A stretch of DNA of 54,020 nt from Acidimicrobiia bacterium (GTDB lineage Bacteria > Actinomycetota > Acidimicrobiia > IMCC26256 > BP-133), in NCBI GenBank assembly GCA_036498605.1, contig DASYFF010000149.1:1-54020 (forward strand). The letters are read 5' to 3'. This document shows positions 17,570 through 27,518 of this stretch, in pieces. Both the position numbers and the translations under genes were made by a program. Positions within the stretch are counted from its first letter, which is position 1. Every line of letters begins with the position of its first letter. Under the pieces are notes generated by a model that made no database searches, was not told the origin of the DNA, and saw only the letters and a list, made by a program, of their open reading frames with translations.

Positions 17570-18733
17570 CTAGGCCGCGAAGAGCGCTTCGACGAACTCC
17601 TCGGGGTCGAACTCGATGAGGTCGGCGGCCGACTCCCCCACGCCGACCAGCTTGACGGGAATTCCGAGCTCGGACTGGACGGCGAGGACGATCCCGCCCT
17701 TGGCCGTCCCGTCGAGCTTGGTCAGGATGACGCCCGTCACCTCGACCGCCTCGCCGAACTGCTTGGCCTGGTTGAGGCCGTTCTGGCCCGTGGAGGCGTC
17801 GATGACCAGCAGCACCTCCTTGAGGGCCCCCGGGGTGCGATCGACGATGCGGCGCAGCTTCTTCAGCTCCTCCATCAGGTTGACCTTGGTGTGGAGGCGC
17901 CCGGCGGTGTCGACCAGCACGAGGTCGGCGCCCCGGTTGCCGGCGGCGGCCATGGCGTCGAAGACCACCGAGCCGGGGTCGGCGCCGTCCTGACCCCGGA
18001 CGAGGTCGGCCCCCACCCGCTGCGACCACAGCTGCAGCTGCTCGGCGGCGGCGGCCCGGAAGGTGTCGGCGGCGGCCATGACCACGCGGCGGCCGCCGGC
18101 CGCCTCCCGCTGGGCGATCTTGCCGATGCTGGTCGTCTTCCCGACCCCGTTGACGCCGACGAACATCCAGACGTTGGGCTGCCCCGGTTCGAACGTCAGC
18201 GACCGGTCGGCGCGGCTGAGCACGTCGATCAGGTCGGCCTTGAGGAGGTCGAGGAGCTCGGAGGGCGTAGTCGCCGACGCCTCCTTGGCCCGGCGGCGGA
18301 GGTCGTCGAGGAGCTGGGCGGTCACGGTCACGCCGACGTCGGCCCGGATGAGGGCTTCCTCGAGCTCCTCCCACACCTCGTCGTCGATGACGGTGCGACC
18401 CCGCAGGTCGCCGAAGTACCCGGCCAGCAGGGCCCGGGCCTTGCCGAGCCGGTCCCGCAGCCGGGGCCGGACGGCCGGCGGCTCCTCGCCCGCCGGTTCC
18501 GGTGGGGCGACCTCGATCCCAGCCTCGGGCGGGACCACGACGTCGTCCCCCGCCGGCAACACGATCTCCACCTCGCCCGGCTCAGGCTCCGGTTCCGGCC
18601 GGGACTTCGGCTGCGTGACAGCCCGGCGCTCGGCGGCGTCCATCGCCTTGTGGGAGCGCTTGGAGACGGTGGCCACGGCGGTGGCCGCCAGGGCCAGGAG
18701 GAGGACGATCCCGAGGACGAGCACCAGCGTCAT
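17570..18733 (-). CDS. ftsY: SRP receptor FtsY with N-terminal TM anchor
   Basis: TM helix, acidic/Pro-rich A region, then NG domain with [14 protein letters not shown] and TKLDGT. Its stop lies only 20 nt upstream of the ffh start. Confidence 0.9.
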   Translation of the reverse strand: MTLVLVLGIVLLLALAATAVATVSKRSHKAMDAAERRAVTQPKSRPEPEPEPGEVEIVLPAGDDVVVPPEAGIEVAPPEPAGEEPPAVRPRLRDRLGKARALLAGYFGDLRGRTVIDDEVWEELEEALIRADVGVTVTAQLLDDLRRRAKEASATTPSELLDLLKADLIDVLSRADRSLTFEPGQPNVWMFVGVNGVGKTTSIGKIAQREAAGGRRVVMAAADTFRAAAAEQLQLWSQRVGADLVRGQDGADPGSVVFDAMAAAGNRGADLVLVDTAGRLHTKVNLMEELKKLRRIVDRTPGALKEVLLVIDASTGQNGLNQAKQFGEAVEVTGVILTKLDGTAKGGIVLAVQSELGIPVKLVGVGESAADLIEFDPEEFVEALFAA

Positions 18734-18771
18734 GGGCGCCGATCCTACCGGCCCCCGGTAATCTCCCTCCG

Positions 18772-20865
18772 ATGACGAGCAGCCGTCCCGAACCGCCCGT
18801 CGCCAAGCGGGTACCGCACGTCCACGAAGCCCACGGGGACCGGAGATCCGACGAGTACCACTGGCTGCGGGACCGCGACGACCCGGATGTCGAGAGCTAC
18901 CTCGAAGCGGAGAACGCCTACGCCGACGCCGTGATGGAGCCGCTGCGCCCGCTGCAGGACAAGCTCTACGACGAGATCGTGAGCCGGATCCAGGAGACCG
19001 ACCTGTCGGTCCCCGTCCCCCATGGGCCGTGGCTCTACTACTCCCGGAGCGTCGAAGGCCTCCAGTACGCGATCCACTGCCGGCGTGCCCCGGAAGAGGG
19101 GAGCCCCGAGCAGATCCTCATCGACGAGAACGTGTTGGCCGAGGGCCATGACTACTGCGCCCTCGGGGCCTTCGAGGTCAGCCCCGACCACCGCCTGCTG
19201 GCCTGGTCCCTCGACACCGAGGGCGACGAGGACCACGTGCTGCGCATCCGCGACCTCGACACCGGCGAGGACTTCCCGGAGGCCATTCCCGGCACGTCGT
19301 ACGGCACGGCCTGGGCCAGCGACAACCGCACGGTCTTCTACACCACGCTCGATGAGAGCCGCCGCCCCTGGCGGGTTTGGCGCCACCGGCTCGGCACCGG
19401 TCCGGCCGACGACGTCATCGTCCACCAGGAGGACGACGACCGCTTCTTCTGCAACGTGGAGCGCACCCGCAGCGGCGGCTTCATCGTGATCGACCTCCGC
19501 TCGGCCGTGACGTCGGAGACCCGGATGCTGCCGGCCGACGACCCCGAGGGCACCTTCACCGTCCTCCTCGAACGGCGCCAGGGCGTCGAGTACGGCCTCG
19601 ACCACCACGGCGACCGCTTCTTCATCCTCAGCAACGAGGAAGCCCCGAACTTCCGGCTGGTGGAGGCGCCGGTCGCCGACCCGTCCCCGGCCAACTGGTT
19701 GGAGATCCTCCCCCACTCCCCCGACATCAAGCTCGAGGGCCTGGCCACCTTCGCCCGCCATCTCGTCGTGCTCGAGCGGGCCGAGGCCGTCCGCCGCCTG
19801 CGGGTCCTGGCCCTGGAGGGCGAGTCCATCGCCCGGCGCAACGGCTCCGCCGGCGGAGCCGCCCACCTCATCGAGCAGCCCGAGGCGGTCTGCCGGGTCG
19901 GGATGCCGGAGGAGGACAACCCGGAGTTCGACCGCGGCACCCTCCGCTACACCTACACGTCGCTGGTCACGCCCCAGTCGATCTTCGACTACGACCTCGA
20001 CACCCGGGAGCGCACCCTGCTCAAGCAGGAGCCCGTCCTCGGCGGTTACCAGCCCGACGGGTACGAGACCCGCCGGCTGTGGGCCGCCGCCGCCGACGGC
20101 GCCCGGGTGCCGATCTCGCTCGTGGCCCGCAAGGGCATCGCCCTCGACGGCTCGGCGCCCTGCGTCCTCTACGGCTACGGCTCCTACGAGGCCAGCTCCG
20201 ACCCCCGCTTCTCCTCGTTGCGGCTCAGCCTCCTCGATCGGGGCTTCGTGTGGGCCATCGGCCACATCCGGGGCGGCGGCGAGATGGGCCGGGCCTGGTA
20301 CGAGGCCGGGAAGCTGGCCCACAAGATGAACACCTTCACCGACTTCATCGCCTGCGCCGAGCACCTCGTGAAGGAGGGCTGGACGTCGCCCAACCGGCTG
20401 GCCATCCTCGGCGGCAGCGCCGGCGGCCTGCTGGTGGGGGCGGCGCTCAACCTCCGGCCCGATCTGTTCCGGGCGGCCGTGGCCGAGGTCCCCTTCGTCG
20501 ACGTGGTCAGCACGATCTCCGACCCGACGCTGCCCCTGTCGGTCATCGAGTGGGAGGAGTGGGGCAACCCCGCCGAGCCCGAGTTCTACGAGACGATCAA
20601 GGCCTACTCGCCCTACGACAACGTGCGGGCGGTGCGCTACCCCGACCTGTTCGTGACCGCCGGGCTCAACGACCCCCGGGTGTCGTACTGGGAGCCGGCC
20701 AAGTGGGTGGCCAAGCTGCGGGTCACCGCCGACCCGCAGACGAAGATCCTCCTGCGGACGGAGATGGGGGCCGGCCACGGCGGCCCGTCCGGCCGCTACG
20801 ACGCCTGGCGCAAGGAGGCCGAGATCTTCGCCTTCCTCCTCGAGGCCCTCGGCCTCAAGGAGTGA
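18772..20865 (+). CDS. ptrB: S9A family oligopeptidase B (protease II)
   Basis: HGDRRSDEYHWLRDRDDPDVESYLEAENAYA N-terminus, propeller domain, and a catalytic GGSAGGLL serine motif in the C-terminal alpha/beta hydrolase domain. Confidence 0.85.
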   Translation: MTSSRPEPPVAKRVPHVHEAHGDRRSDEYHWLRDRDDPDVESYLEAENAYADAVMEPLRPLQDKLYDEIVSRIQETDLSVPVPHGPWLYYSRSVEGLQYAIHCRRAPEEGSPEQILIDENVLAEGHDYCALGAFEVSPDHRLLAWSLDTEGDEDHVLRIRDLDTGEDFPEAIPGTSYGTAWASDNRTVFYTTLDESRRPWRVWRHRLGTGPADDVIVHQEDDDRFFCNVERTRSGGFIVIDLRSAVTSETRMLPADDPEGTFTVLLERRQGVEYGLDHHGDRFFILSNEEAPNFRLVEAPVADPSPANWLEILPHSPDIKLEGLATFARHLVVLERAEAVRRLRVLALEGESIARRNGSAGGAAHLIEQPEAVCRVGMPEEDNPEFDRGTLRYTYTSLVTPQSIFDYDLDTRERTLLKQEPVLGGYQPDGYETRRLWAAAADGARVPISLVARKGIALDGSAPCVLYGYGSYEASSDPRFSSLRLSLLDRGFVWAIGHIRGGGEMGRAWYEAGKLAHKMNTFTDFIACAEHLVKEGWTSPNRLAILGGSAGGLLVGAALNLRPDLFRAAVAEVPFVDVVSTISDPTLPLSVIEWEEWGNPAEPEFYETIKAYSPYDNVRAVRYPDLFVTAGLNDPRVSYWEPAKWVAKLRVTADPQTKILLRTEMGAGHGGPSGRYDAWRKEAEIFAFLLEALGLKE

Positions 20866-20871
20866 TCGGGC

Positions 20872-21531
20872 TCAGCAGGTGACCTGGGAGACCCGGGGCG
20901 GGAACGGCCGCTTGGCCTGGGGGTCTGTCATCTTCCAGCGGTTGGCCTCGATGACCCCCTGGATCACGCAGGCCGGGACGGGCTGGGGGTCGGGGCTCAC
21001 CGCCGGGGACATCAGGTTGCCCTCGTAGTTGGTGTGGCCGAGGCCGAGGGCGTGGCCGAACTCGTGCTTGGCGATCTGGCCGAGGCCCCCGGAGTTGGCC
21101 GGGGCCGTGGCCCCCTGGATCGTGATCTCGACCTTGCTGATCAGCCCCTTCTTGGTGAAGCTGGTGACAGCCTGTCCTTCCGTTCGACCCTCGGCCGGGG
21201 TGTAGCGGATGGCGATGTCGGCCAGGGTGCCGATCGGCACCTCGGTCAGGGTGATCGCCGGCAGGTCGGAGTCCCACTCCTCGACGGCCCGGCGGATGAC
21301 GGCGCCGCTGGCGGCGTCGGGCGAGGCGATGCTGTAGGTCAGATTGCCGTCGTCGAGGCTCCTGCCCCAGGCGCAGCACAGGGCGAGCTCGTGGTCACCC
21401 TCGGCGCTGGCGCCGCCACTGCTGAACGGGAACTGGGTCCACACGAGCGCGAGCAGCACGATCACGACCCTCGCCATCCGTCTCGACCGGGGCGCCGACA
21501 GCGCCACGGAGGCATCGACCCGGTCCCGCAA
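20872..21531 (-). CDS. secreted matrixin-like (M10) zinc metalloprotease, catalytic domain only
   Basis: Metzincin signature HEFGHALGLGH followed by the Met-turn candidate NLMSP. Signal-like MARVVIVLLALVWTQFPFSSGGASA (alternative start at 21477). Confidence 0.7.
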   Translation of the reverse strand: MRDRVDASVALSAPRSRRMARVVIVLLALVWTQFPFSSGGASAEGDHELALCCAWGRSLDDGNLTYSIASPDAASGAVIRRAVEEWDSDLPAITLTEVPIGTLADIAIRYTPAEGRTEGQAVTSFTKKGLISKVEITIQGATAPANSGGLGQIAKHEFGHALGLGHTNYEGNLMSPAVSPDPQPVPACVIQGVIEANRWKMTDPQAKRPFPPRVSQVTC

Positions 21532-21618
21532 TTGGCCCTCCCCAGGTACTCCGCCGCAACCCGGGAGTGAGCATATTCCGACAAATCGGGCAAAATCCAG
21601 CGGTCTACGGGGCCTGTG

Positions 21619-21647
21619 GGGCCACTGATGCTGGTGAGAAGTGGCCC
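21619..21647 (-). terminator. weak terminator-like hairpin downstream of smc
   Basis: GGGCCACT (21619-26) pairs with AGTGGCCC (21640-47) around a 13-nt loop. On the minus strand only a distant U-containing stretch (GGATTTTGCCCGATTTG) follows. Confidence 0.25.
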
Positions 21648-21687
21648 TCAGTTCACTCTCAGCGAGCAGCCTGAGGAGGAAACTTTC

Positions 21688-24600
21688 TCAGACGGCGACC
21701 TGGGCCGGCTCCGCCGTGGGCACCCGTTGGGTGACGACGATGCTCGACCCACCGGGGGGCATCGACACGCCGTAGAGGCAGTCGGCGGCCTCCATCGTGC
21801 GCTTCTGATGGCTCACCACCAGCAGCTGCGCCTCGTCCCGGAACTCGTGGATCAGGTCGACGAAGCGGCACAGGTTCACGTCGTCGAGGGCGGCCTCGAC
21901 CTCGTCGAGGATGTAGAAGGGCGTCGGGCGGGCCCGGAAGACGGCGAAGAGGAAGGCCAGGGCGGTCAGCGACCGCTCACCGCCCGAGAGCAGCGAAAGC
22001 CGCCGGACGTTCTTCCCCGAGGGCCGGGCCTCGATCTCGATGCCGGTGTTGAGGGGGTCCTCGGGGTCGGTGAGCCGGAGCCGGCCGGAGCCGCCGGGGA
22101 ACAGCGTGGCGATGAGGGCCTCGAAATGGCGCTCGGTGTCTTCGTAGGCCGAGGCGAAGAGCGTGGCGATCTCCTCGTTGACCTGCCTGATGATCAGGGC
22201 CAGGTCGCGCCGGGCGGCCTTCACGTCCTCCAGCTGCGACTCGAGCAGCGTGTAGCGCTCCTTCTGGGCCTCGTACTCCTCCAGAGCCAGCGGGTTGATG
22301 GCCCCCATCTGGCGCAGCTCCCGCTCGATCTCCTTGCCCCGGGCGGCCAGCGTGGTGCCATCCGGGCAGGGCGGGGCGGGGGCGGCCAGGGCCACGTCGG
22401 GCTCGCACTCCAGGTCGCGCCGACAAGCCTCGACGGCGGCCTCGAGCTTGGTGCGGACCTCGGCCTCCTCGATCTCCACCCGGGCCCGCCGCTCACGGGC
22501 GTCGCCCACCGACCGCTCGGCGGCGGCCCGCTCACCCCGCAGGGCGTCGAGGCGGGCGGCGGCCGCCCGGGCCGCCTCCGACCGCTCCCGGCGCTGGTTC
22601 CGCAGCCGGGCGTGGACCTCGGCCAGGACGTCGATGCGCTCGGCGATGGCCCGCTCCACGGCGGCGTAGCCGTCGCCCCGGCGGGCCAGCGCCACCCGGC
22701 GCTCCTCGGCCTGGAGGTGGGCCTCGCCGTGGCGGACGAGCCGGACCTCGACCTCCTCGAGGCGCTTGTCCAGGCCCCGGCGGCGCTCTTCGACGGCCGC
22801 CACCTTGAGTTCGTGGTCACGGCGGTCGGCGGCCAGTGCCCGGATCTCGGCTTCGATCGCCTCCGCCGCGGCCCGCCGGGCCGACTCCTGGCGCCGCTCC
22901 TCGTCCTCGGCCTCCTCCAGCGCCGGCAGCTTCGACTCAATCTCCCGCCGCCGGGCGGCCTCGCTGTCGGCCTGGGCGGCCAGGGCCGCGGCATGCTCCT
23001 CGAGCGCCGCCGCTTCCGCTTCGGCCTCGGCCCGCTCGGTCCGGAGCCGCTCGGCGCCGGCGGCCACGGCCGCCTGGCGGGCCCGGTGCGAATCGAGGGC
23101 CTTGTCGCCAGCGGTTTCCCAGCGCCGCGCCTCGTCGAGAGCGGTCCGGGCATCGGCCAGCGCCGCTTCGGCCCGGTCGCGGTCATCCGCCGCCCCGGCC
23201 GCCCGCCGGTGGGCCTCCTCGGCTGCCGCGGGCGTGGCCCCGATGGCGGCGCCCCCGGCGTGCCACGCCCCCCGGCCGTCGAGCCGGTCCCCGTCCGGCG
23301 TGACGACGACGAGCTCCGGGTTGGCCAGCGCCAGTGTGAGGGCCTGCTCCCACGTCCCGTCGACGACGACCGTCCCGCCGAGCAGCCGCCCCAGCACTGC
23401 GTCGAGGCCGGGAACCTCGGTCCCGACGCACCCATCGAGCGCCCGCGCCCCATCCGGCACGGCCAACCGGCGTTCATCCGCCCGGATATGCCGGCCGGTG
23501 CACGCCGGTTCGCCGGTCCCGGCGGGCTCGTCGGAGCCGGACCGGGTGAGGGCTGCATCGGGGACGAGGATGGTGCCAGCCGTCCCGGCGGACCGCAGGC
23601 GGGCCAGCGCCGAGCGGGCGGCGTCGGCGTCGCGGGCGACGACGCCCCGGAGGGCCTCGCCCAGGGCGGCGGCCACGGCCGCCTCGCAGCCGGGGTCCAT
23701 CGTGATCAGGTCGACGACGGGGCCCAGCAGGCCTTCGACGCCGTCGAGGGCCTTGGCCAGCCCGGCCCGGAGGTCGCCGAGGGCGGCGTCGAGCGACTCG
23801 GCCCTGGCGCTCCAGCGGTGGACGTCGGCGTCGGCGTCGCGACGGGCCTGCTCGGCCGCGGCCGCCTGCTCCTCGGCGGTCGCCCGCGCCGTCTGGGCCG
23901 CCTCCAGGGCCGCCACCAGCGGGGCCTCGTCGAACTCCTCGACCCCGGCCGCCGCCTCCTCCTCGGCCAACCGGGCCAGCCGCCGCCCGACGGGCTCCCG
24001 CCGGTGCTCGAGCCGGGCCTGCTCGGCCTCCGTGCGGGCCACGGCCCCGGCCAGGGCCGACAGCTCGGCCCGGGCGTCGGCCGCCGCCTTGCGGGCCGGC
24101 AGGTCCCCGGCCGGATCCAGCTCCGCCCGGCGGTCGTCCAGCGTCTCCTCGATGGCGTCGAGCTCGGCGGCCCGGGGTCCGAAGGCCGCGCTCTCCTCGT
24201 CGGCGCCGGTCAGATCGGCCCGGAGCTGAGCCGCCTCGGCGGTCAGCGTCTCGACGACGCCGGCGTCGGCCAGGGCGGCCAGCGACCGGTCGATGTTGCG
24301 GCGCTTCTCGGCCACCAGGGCCCCGAGCCCCCGGGCCCGGGCCAACAGCGACTCGGCGCTGGCCACGGCGTCGCCCAGGGAGTCGGCCGGGAGGGCGGCC
24401 AGCGCCGCCTCCGACTCGGCCACCTCGGCGTCGAGCCGGGCGGCCTGTTCCCGGGACAGCGACTCCTCGGCTCCGAACCGCTCCCGCTTGTCTCCCAGCC
24501 CGCCGAGGCGCTCGGTGAGGATGGTGATCTCCCGCCCGGTGAGGTGGAGGCGGATGGCGGCCAGCTCCTCGGTCAGCCCGCCGTGGCGGCGGGCGGCGTC

Positions 24601-25227
24601 GGCCTGGCGCTCCAGCGGCTTGAGGTGGCGGCGGACCTCCTTGACCAGGTCACCGAGGCGCTCCATGTTGACCGCCGTCGCCTCCAGGCGCCGCTCGGCC
24701 TTCTCCTTGCGCTGGCGGTACTTGAGGATCCCGGCCGCCTCCTCGATCACCGCCCGCCGGTCCTCCGGCCGGGCCTGGAGGATGGCGTCGAGGCGGCCCT
24801 GGCCGACGATCACGTGCTGGGTGCGGCCCATGCCCGTCTGGGAGAGGAGCTCCGTGATGTCGAGCAGCCGGCAGGGATCGCCGTTGATGGCGTAGCCCGA
24901 CTCCCCGTCGCGGGTCAGGCTCCGGGTGATCGTGATCTCCCGGGCGGCGATCGGGATGGCGCCGGCCGAGTTGTCGAGCGTCAGCGACACCTCGGCCGAC
25001 TTCGACGGGGGCCGCTTCGGCGTCCCGGCGAAGATGACGTCCTCCATCTTGCCGCCCCGCAGCGAGCGGGCCCCCTGGGCGCCCAGGACCCAGGCCACGG
25101 CGTCGACGACGTTGGATTTCCCCGAGCCGTTGGGCCCCACCACCACCGCCACGCCCGGCTCGAAATCGAGCGTCGTGCGGTCGGCGAATGACTTGAAGCC
25201 CTTCACGGTCAGCCGCTTCAGGAACAT
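21688..25227 (-). CDS. smc: chromosome segregation protein SMC
   Basis: 1179 aa. N-terminal FKSFADRTTLDFEPGVAVVVGPNGSGKSNVVDA Walker A, long coiled coils with a hinge, C-terminal LSGGERSLTALAFLFA signature and ILDEVEAALD Walker B. Confidence 0.95.
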   Translation of the reverse strand: MFLKRLTVKGFKSFADRTTLDFEPGVAVVVGPNGSGKSNVVDAVAWVLGAQGARSLRGGKMEDVIFAGTPKRPPSKSAEVSLTLDNSAGAIPIAAREITITRSLTRDGESGYAINGDPCRLLDITELLSQTGMGRTQHVIVGQGRLDAILQARPEDRRAVIEEAAGILKYRQRKEKAERRLEATAVNMERLGDLVKEVRRHLKPLERQADAARRHGGLTEELAAIRLHLTGREITILTERLGGLGDKRERFGAEESLSREQAARLDAEVAESEAALAALPADSLGDAVASAESLLARARGLGALVAEKRRNIDRSLAALADAGVVETLTAEAAQLRADLTGADEESAAFGPRAAELDAIEETLDDRRAELDPAGDLPARKAAADARAELSALAGAVARTEAEQARLEHRREPVGRRLARLAEEEAAAGVEEFDEAPLVAALEAAQTARATAEEQAAAAEQARRDADADVHRWSARAESLDAALGDLRAGLAKALDGVEGLLGPVVDLITMDPGCEAAVAAALGEALRGVVARDADAARSALARLRSAGTAGTILVPDAALTRSGSDEPAGTGEPACTGRHIRADERRLAVPDGARALDGCVGTEVPGLDAVLGRLLGGTVVVDGTWEQALTLALANPELVVVTPDGDRLDGRGAWHAGGAAIGATPAAAEEAHRRAAGAADDRDRAEAALADARTALDEARRWETAGDKALDSHRARQAAVAAGAERLRTERAEAEAEAAALEEHAAALAAQADSEAARRREIESKLPALEEAEDEERRQESARRAAAEAIEAEIRALAADRRDHELKVAAVEERRRGLDKRLEEVEVRLVRHGEAHLQAEERRVALARRGDGYAAVERAIAERIDVLAEVHARLRNQRRERSEAARAAAARLDALRGERAAAERSVGDARERRARVEIEEAEVRTKLEAAVEACRRDLECEPDVALAAPAPPCPDGTTLAARGKEIERELRQMGAINPLALEEYEAQKERYTLLESQLEDVKAARRDLALIIRQVNEEIATLFASAYEDTERHFEALIATLFPGGSGRLRLTDPEDPLNTGIEIEARPSGKNVRRLSLLSGGERSLTALAFLFAVFRARPTPFYILDEVEAALDDVNLCRFVDLIHEFRDEAQLLVVSHQKRTMEAADCLYGVSMPPGGSSIVVTQRVPTAEPAQVAV

Positions 25228-25334
25228 CGGGGATCCAACCTAACGGGCCCGCCGGGGACAGGCGCGGATCCCCAGAGCCTGGTAGGTGACCAGGTCATGG
25301 ACCCGAGGATCCGGGGGTGTCCCCCGGAAAATGA

Positions 25335-25610
25335 CTATCCGAGGCCGAATCCCCGCTCCCCCGCGGGCATCTCGGGGACGACGTCCACCGAGGTCACGAT
25401 GGCCGACGGCGGGCCGCCCCGGCTCCAGGCCACGGCCCGCTCCACCGCCGCCGCCTCGCCCTCGAAGACGGCCTCGACCCGACCGTCGGGGAGGTTGCGG
25501 CACCAGCCGGCCACGCCCTGGGCCTCGGCCATCCGCCGGCACGACCAGCGGAACCCGACGCCCTGGACGCGGCCCGAGATCAGGACCCGCCGCCGGATGG
25601 GCTCGCTCAT
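25335..25610 (-). CDS. acyP: acylphosphatase
   Basis: Start refined to the ATG at 25610 (ATGA overlap with the mutM stop). ISGRVQGVGFRWS and GWCRNLPDGRVEAVFEG motifs. Confidence 0.85.
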   Translation of the reverse strand: MSEPIRRRVLISGRVQGVGFRWSCRRMAEAQGVAGWCRNLPDGRVEAVFEGEAAAVERAVAWSRGGPPSAIVTSVDVVPEMPAGERGFGLG

Positions 25611-26428
25611 GGCTGGCACGTCTCGCAGAAGAACGTGGAGCGGCCGCCGAGGGAAACGCGCCGGACGGGCCCGCCGCAGCGGGGGCACGGCTCGCCTTCA
25701 CGGCCGTAGACGCGGTGGCGGGACTGGTAGTCGCCGGGGGCACCGAAGAGGTCGACGTACTGGGCGTCGCGCAACGACGAGCCCCGGAGCCGGACCGCCT
25801 CCCGCAGCGTCGAGCGGACCGCCCGGTGGAGACGCCCCACCTCCTCCCCCGACAGCGAGCCGGCCGGGCGGTCGAAGCGGAGCCCGGCCCCGAAGAGCGC
25901 CTCGTCGGAGTAGATGTTGCCGATCCCGGACACGAACCGCTGGTCCATGAGCAGCAGCTTGAGCCGCCCGGTCCGGCCGGCGAGCGACCGGCCGAGGGCG
26001 GCGGCTGACCAGGCCGTCGACAGCGCGTCGGGGCCGAGGTGGGCCAGGGCCGCCACCGGCGCGGGGGCGACGAACAGCTCGCCAAAGGTCCGGGGGTCGA
26101 CGAAGCGCAGCTCCCGCCCGTCCGACAGCCCGAGGACGGCGTGCGTGTGCCGGGCCACTGGCCAATCCGGAACCGTGAGGAGGAGCTGCCCCGACATACG
26201 GAGGTGGATGACCAGCGTGTCGTCGCCCCCGTCGAGGGGTACGAGGAGGAACTTGCCGAGCCGCCCCGCGGCCCCCAGCTTCGCCCCCCGCAGACGCTCG
26301 ATCAGCTCCTCCGGGGGCTGGCGGCGCACCGTGCGGGCGCCGGTCACCGCCACCGACGTCACCTCCCGGCCCGCCACCTCCCGCTCGAGCCCCCGGCGGA
26401 CGACCTCGACCTCAGGGAGCTCCGGCAT
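25607..26428 (-). CDS. mutM: formamidopyrimidine-DNA glycosylase
   Basis: MPELPEVEVVRRGL N-terminus (catalytic Pro2/Glu3), H2TH region, C-terminal zinc finger CPRCGGPV...FFCETCQ. Confidence 0.9.
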   Translation of the reverse strand: MPELPEVEVVRRGLEREVAGREVTSVAVTGARTVRRQPPEELIERLRGAKLGAAGRLGKFLLVPLDGGDDTLVIHLRMSGQLLLTVPDWPVARHTHAVLGLSDGRELRFVDPRTFGELFVAPAPVAALAHLGPDALSTAWSAAALGRSLAGRTGRLKLLLMDQRFVSGIGNIYSDEALFGAGLRFDRPAGSLSGEEVGRLHRAVRSTLREAVRLRGSSLRDAQYVDLFGAPGDYQSRHRVYGREGEPCPRCGGPVRRVSLGGRSTFFCETCQP

Positions 26429-26437
26429 TCGGCGGCT

Positions 26438-27217
26438 TCACCCGGCTGTCCCATCCGCCTCGGGCCCGTCGATGGCGGCCGCGGCCGCTTCGGCCGCTTC
26501 GGCAGCGGCCACCGCCGCCGCTTCCGCCTCGGTCTCCCGCAGCCACTCCCAGGCCATCCGGGCCGCGGCCTGCTCGGCCTGCTTCTTCGACCGCCCCTCG
26601 CCCCGACCCCGGGGCGTGCCCTGGAGGACGACGTTGGCGTAGAACCGTTTGGCGTGGTCGGGCCCCTCGTCGCGCACCTCGTAGCGGGGCATCTGGTCGA
26701 AGCGGCGGGCGGCCAGCTCCTGGAGGCGGGTCTTGTAGTCCTGCCCGCCGGGACCCTCGGCGGCGGCGGCGATCCGCTCCCCGAGCAGGCTCATGACCAG
26801 CTTGTAGGCGGCGTCCCACCCGCCGTCGAGGTAGGTGGCGGCCAGCACCGCCTCCATGGCGTCGGCCAGGATCGACGGCTTCTCCCGCCCGCCGGAGAGC
26901 CCCTCGCCCTTCCCGAGCAGGACGAAGGAGCCCAGCTCGATCTCGGTGGCCAGCTCGGCCAGCACCCCGGCGTTGACGACCGACGCCCGCACCTTGGCCA
27001 GCTCCCCCTCCGGCAGGTGGGGGAAGGCCCGGTAGATGTAGTCGGTGACCACCAGCCCCAGGACGGCGTCGCCGAGGAACTCCAGCCGCTCGTTCGACTC
27101 GAAGCTGGGGTTCTCGGCGCAGAAGGACCGGTGGGCCAGGGCGCGGGCCAGCATCGCCCGGTCCTCGAAGGGACGCCCCAGCAGGTCCTCCAGACGGTCG
27201 AGGGTACTGTCGGCCAA
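26438..27217 (-). CDS. rnc: ribonuclease III
   Basis: Start proposed at the in-frame TTG at 27217, 16 nt after the acpP stop; this start is uncertain. NERLEFLGDAVLGLVV signature and a dsRBD with KDYKTRLQE-like QDYKTRLQELA. Ala/Glu-rich tail. Confidence 0.9.
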   Translation of the reverse strand: MADSTLDRLEDLLGRPFEDRAMLARALAHRSFCAENPSFESNERLEFLGDAVLGLVVTDYIYRAFPHLPEGELAKVRASVVNAGVLAELATEIELGSFVLLGKGEGLSGGREKPSILADAMEAVLAATYLDGGWDAAYKLVMSLLGERIAAAAEGPGGQDYKTRLQELAARRFDQMPRYEVRDEGPDHAKRFYANVVLQGTPRGRGEGRSKKQAEQAAARMAWEWLRETEAEAAAVAAAEAAEAAAAAIDGPEADGTAG

Positions 27218-27233
27218 CGGCTCGCCCGGCCCC

Positions 27234-27518
27234 TCAGCCCACCCGCTCGACGACGTAGTCGACGGCGTCGCGGACGGTGCGCAGCTCGGCCAGGTCCTCG
27301 TCTTCGATGCGGAACCCCTCCGCCCGGTCCTCCAGCTCCTGCTCGATGGCCTCGACCAGCTCGATGAGGGCCAGGGAGTCGGCCGAGAGGTCCTCGGTGA
27401 AGCTCGCCTCCATGGTGATGCGGCTCTCCTCGATCTCGAGGATGTCGGCGAGGCGCTCCCGGATGATCCGGAACACCTCGTCGGCGTCGACCGGCCGGGC
27501 CGGGGTCTCAGACACCAT
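27234..27518 (-). CDS. acpP: acyl carrier protein
   Basis: DLSADSLALIELVEAIEQE contains the phosphopantetheine-attachment DSL motif. 94 aa. Confidence 0.85.
   Translation of the reverse strand: MVSETPARPVDADEVFRIIRERLADILEIEESRITMEASFTEDLSADSLALIELVEAIEQELEDRAEGFRIEDEDLAELRTVRDAVDYVVERVG

Noticed and set aside
21616-25191. A 1191-aa + strand ORF opposite smc. Similar long shadow ORFs occur at 2542..4335(-), 18745..20778(-), 31170..33395(+), 38584..40131(+), 47811..49724(-) and 49899..51392(-).
   Set aside because: All lie antisense to genes with unambiguous family motifs (SMC, LOR/SDH, PtrB, RecG, PaaK-like, Acs-like, TSP3 protein). All translate to Arg/Pro/Gly-rich sequence with no motifs.
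25311-25327. A perfect hairpin CCGGGGG-tgt-CCCCCGG between acyP and smc, considered as a terminator.
   Set aside because: On the transcribed (minus) strand the U run precedes the stem rather than following it. The flanking genes are co-oriented in a conserved operon-like block.
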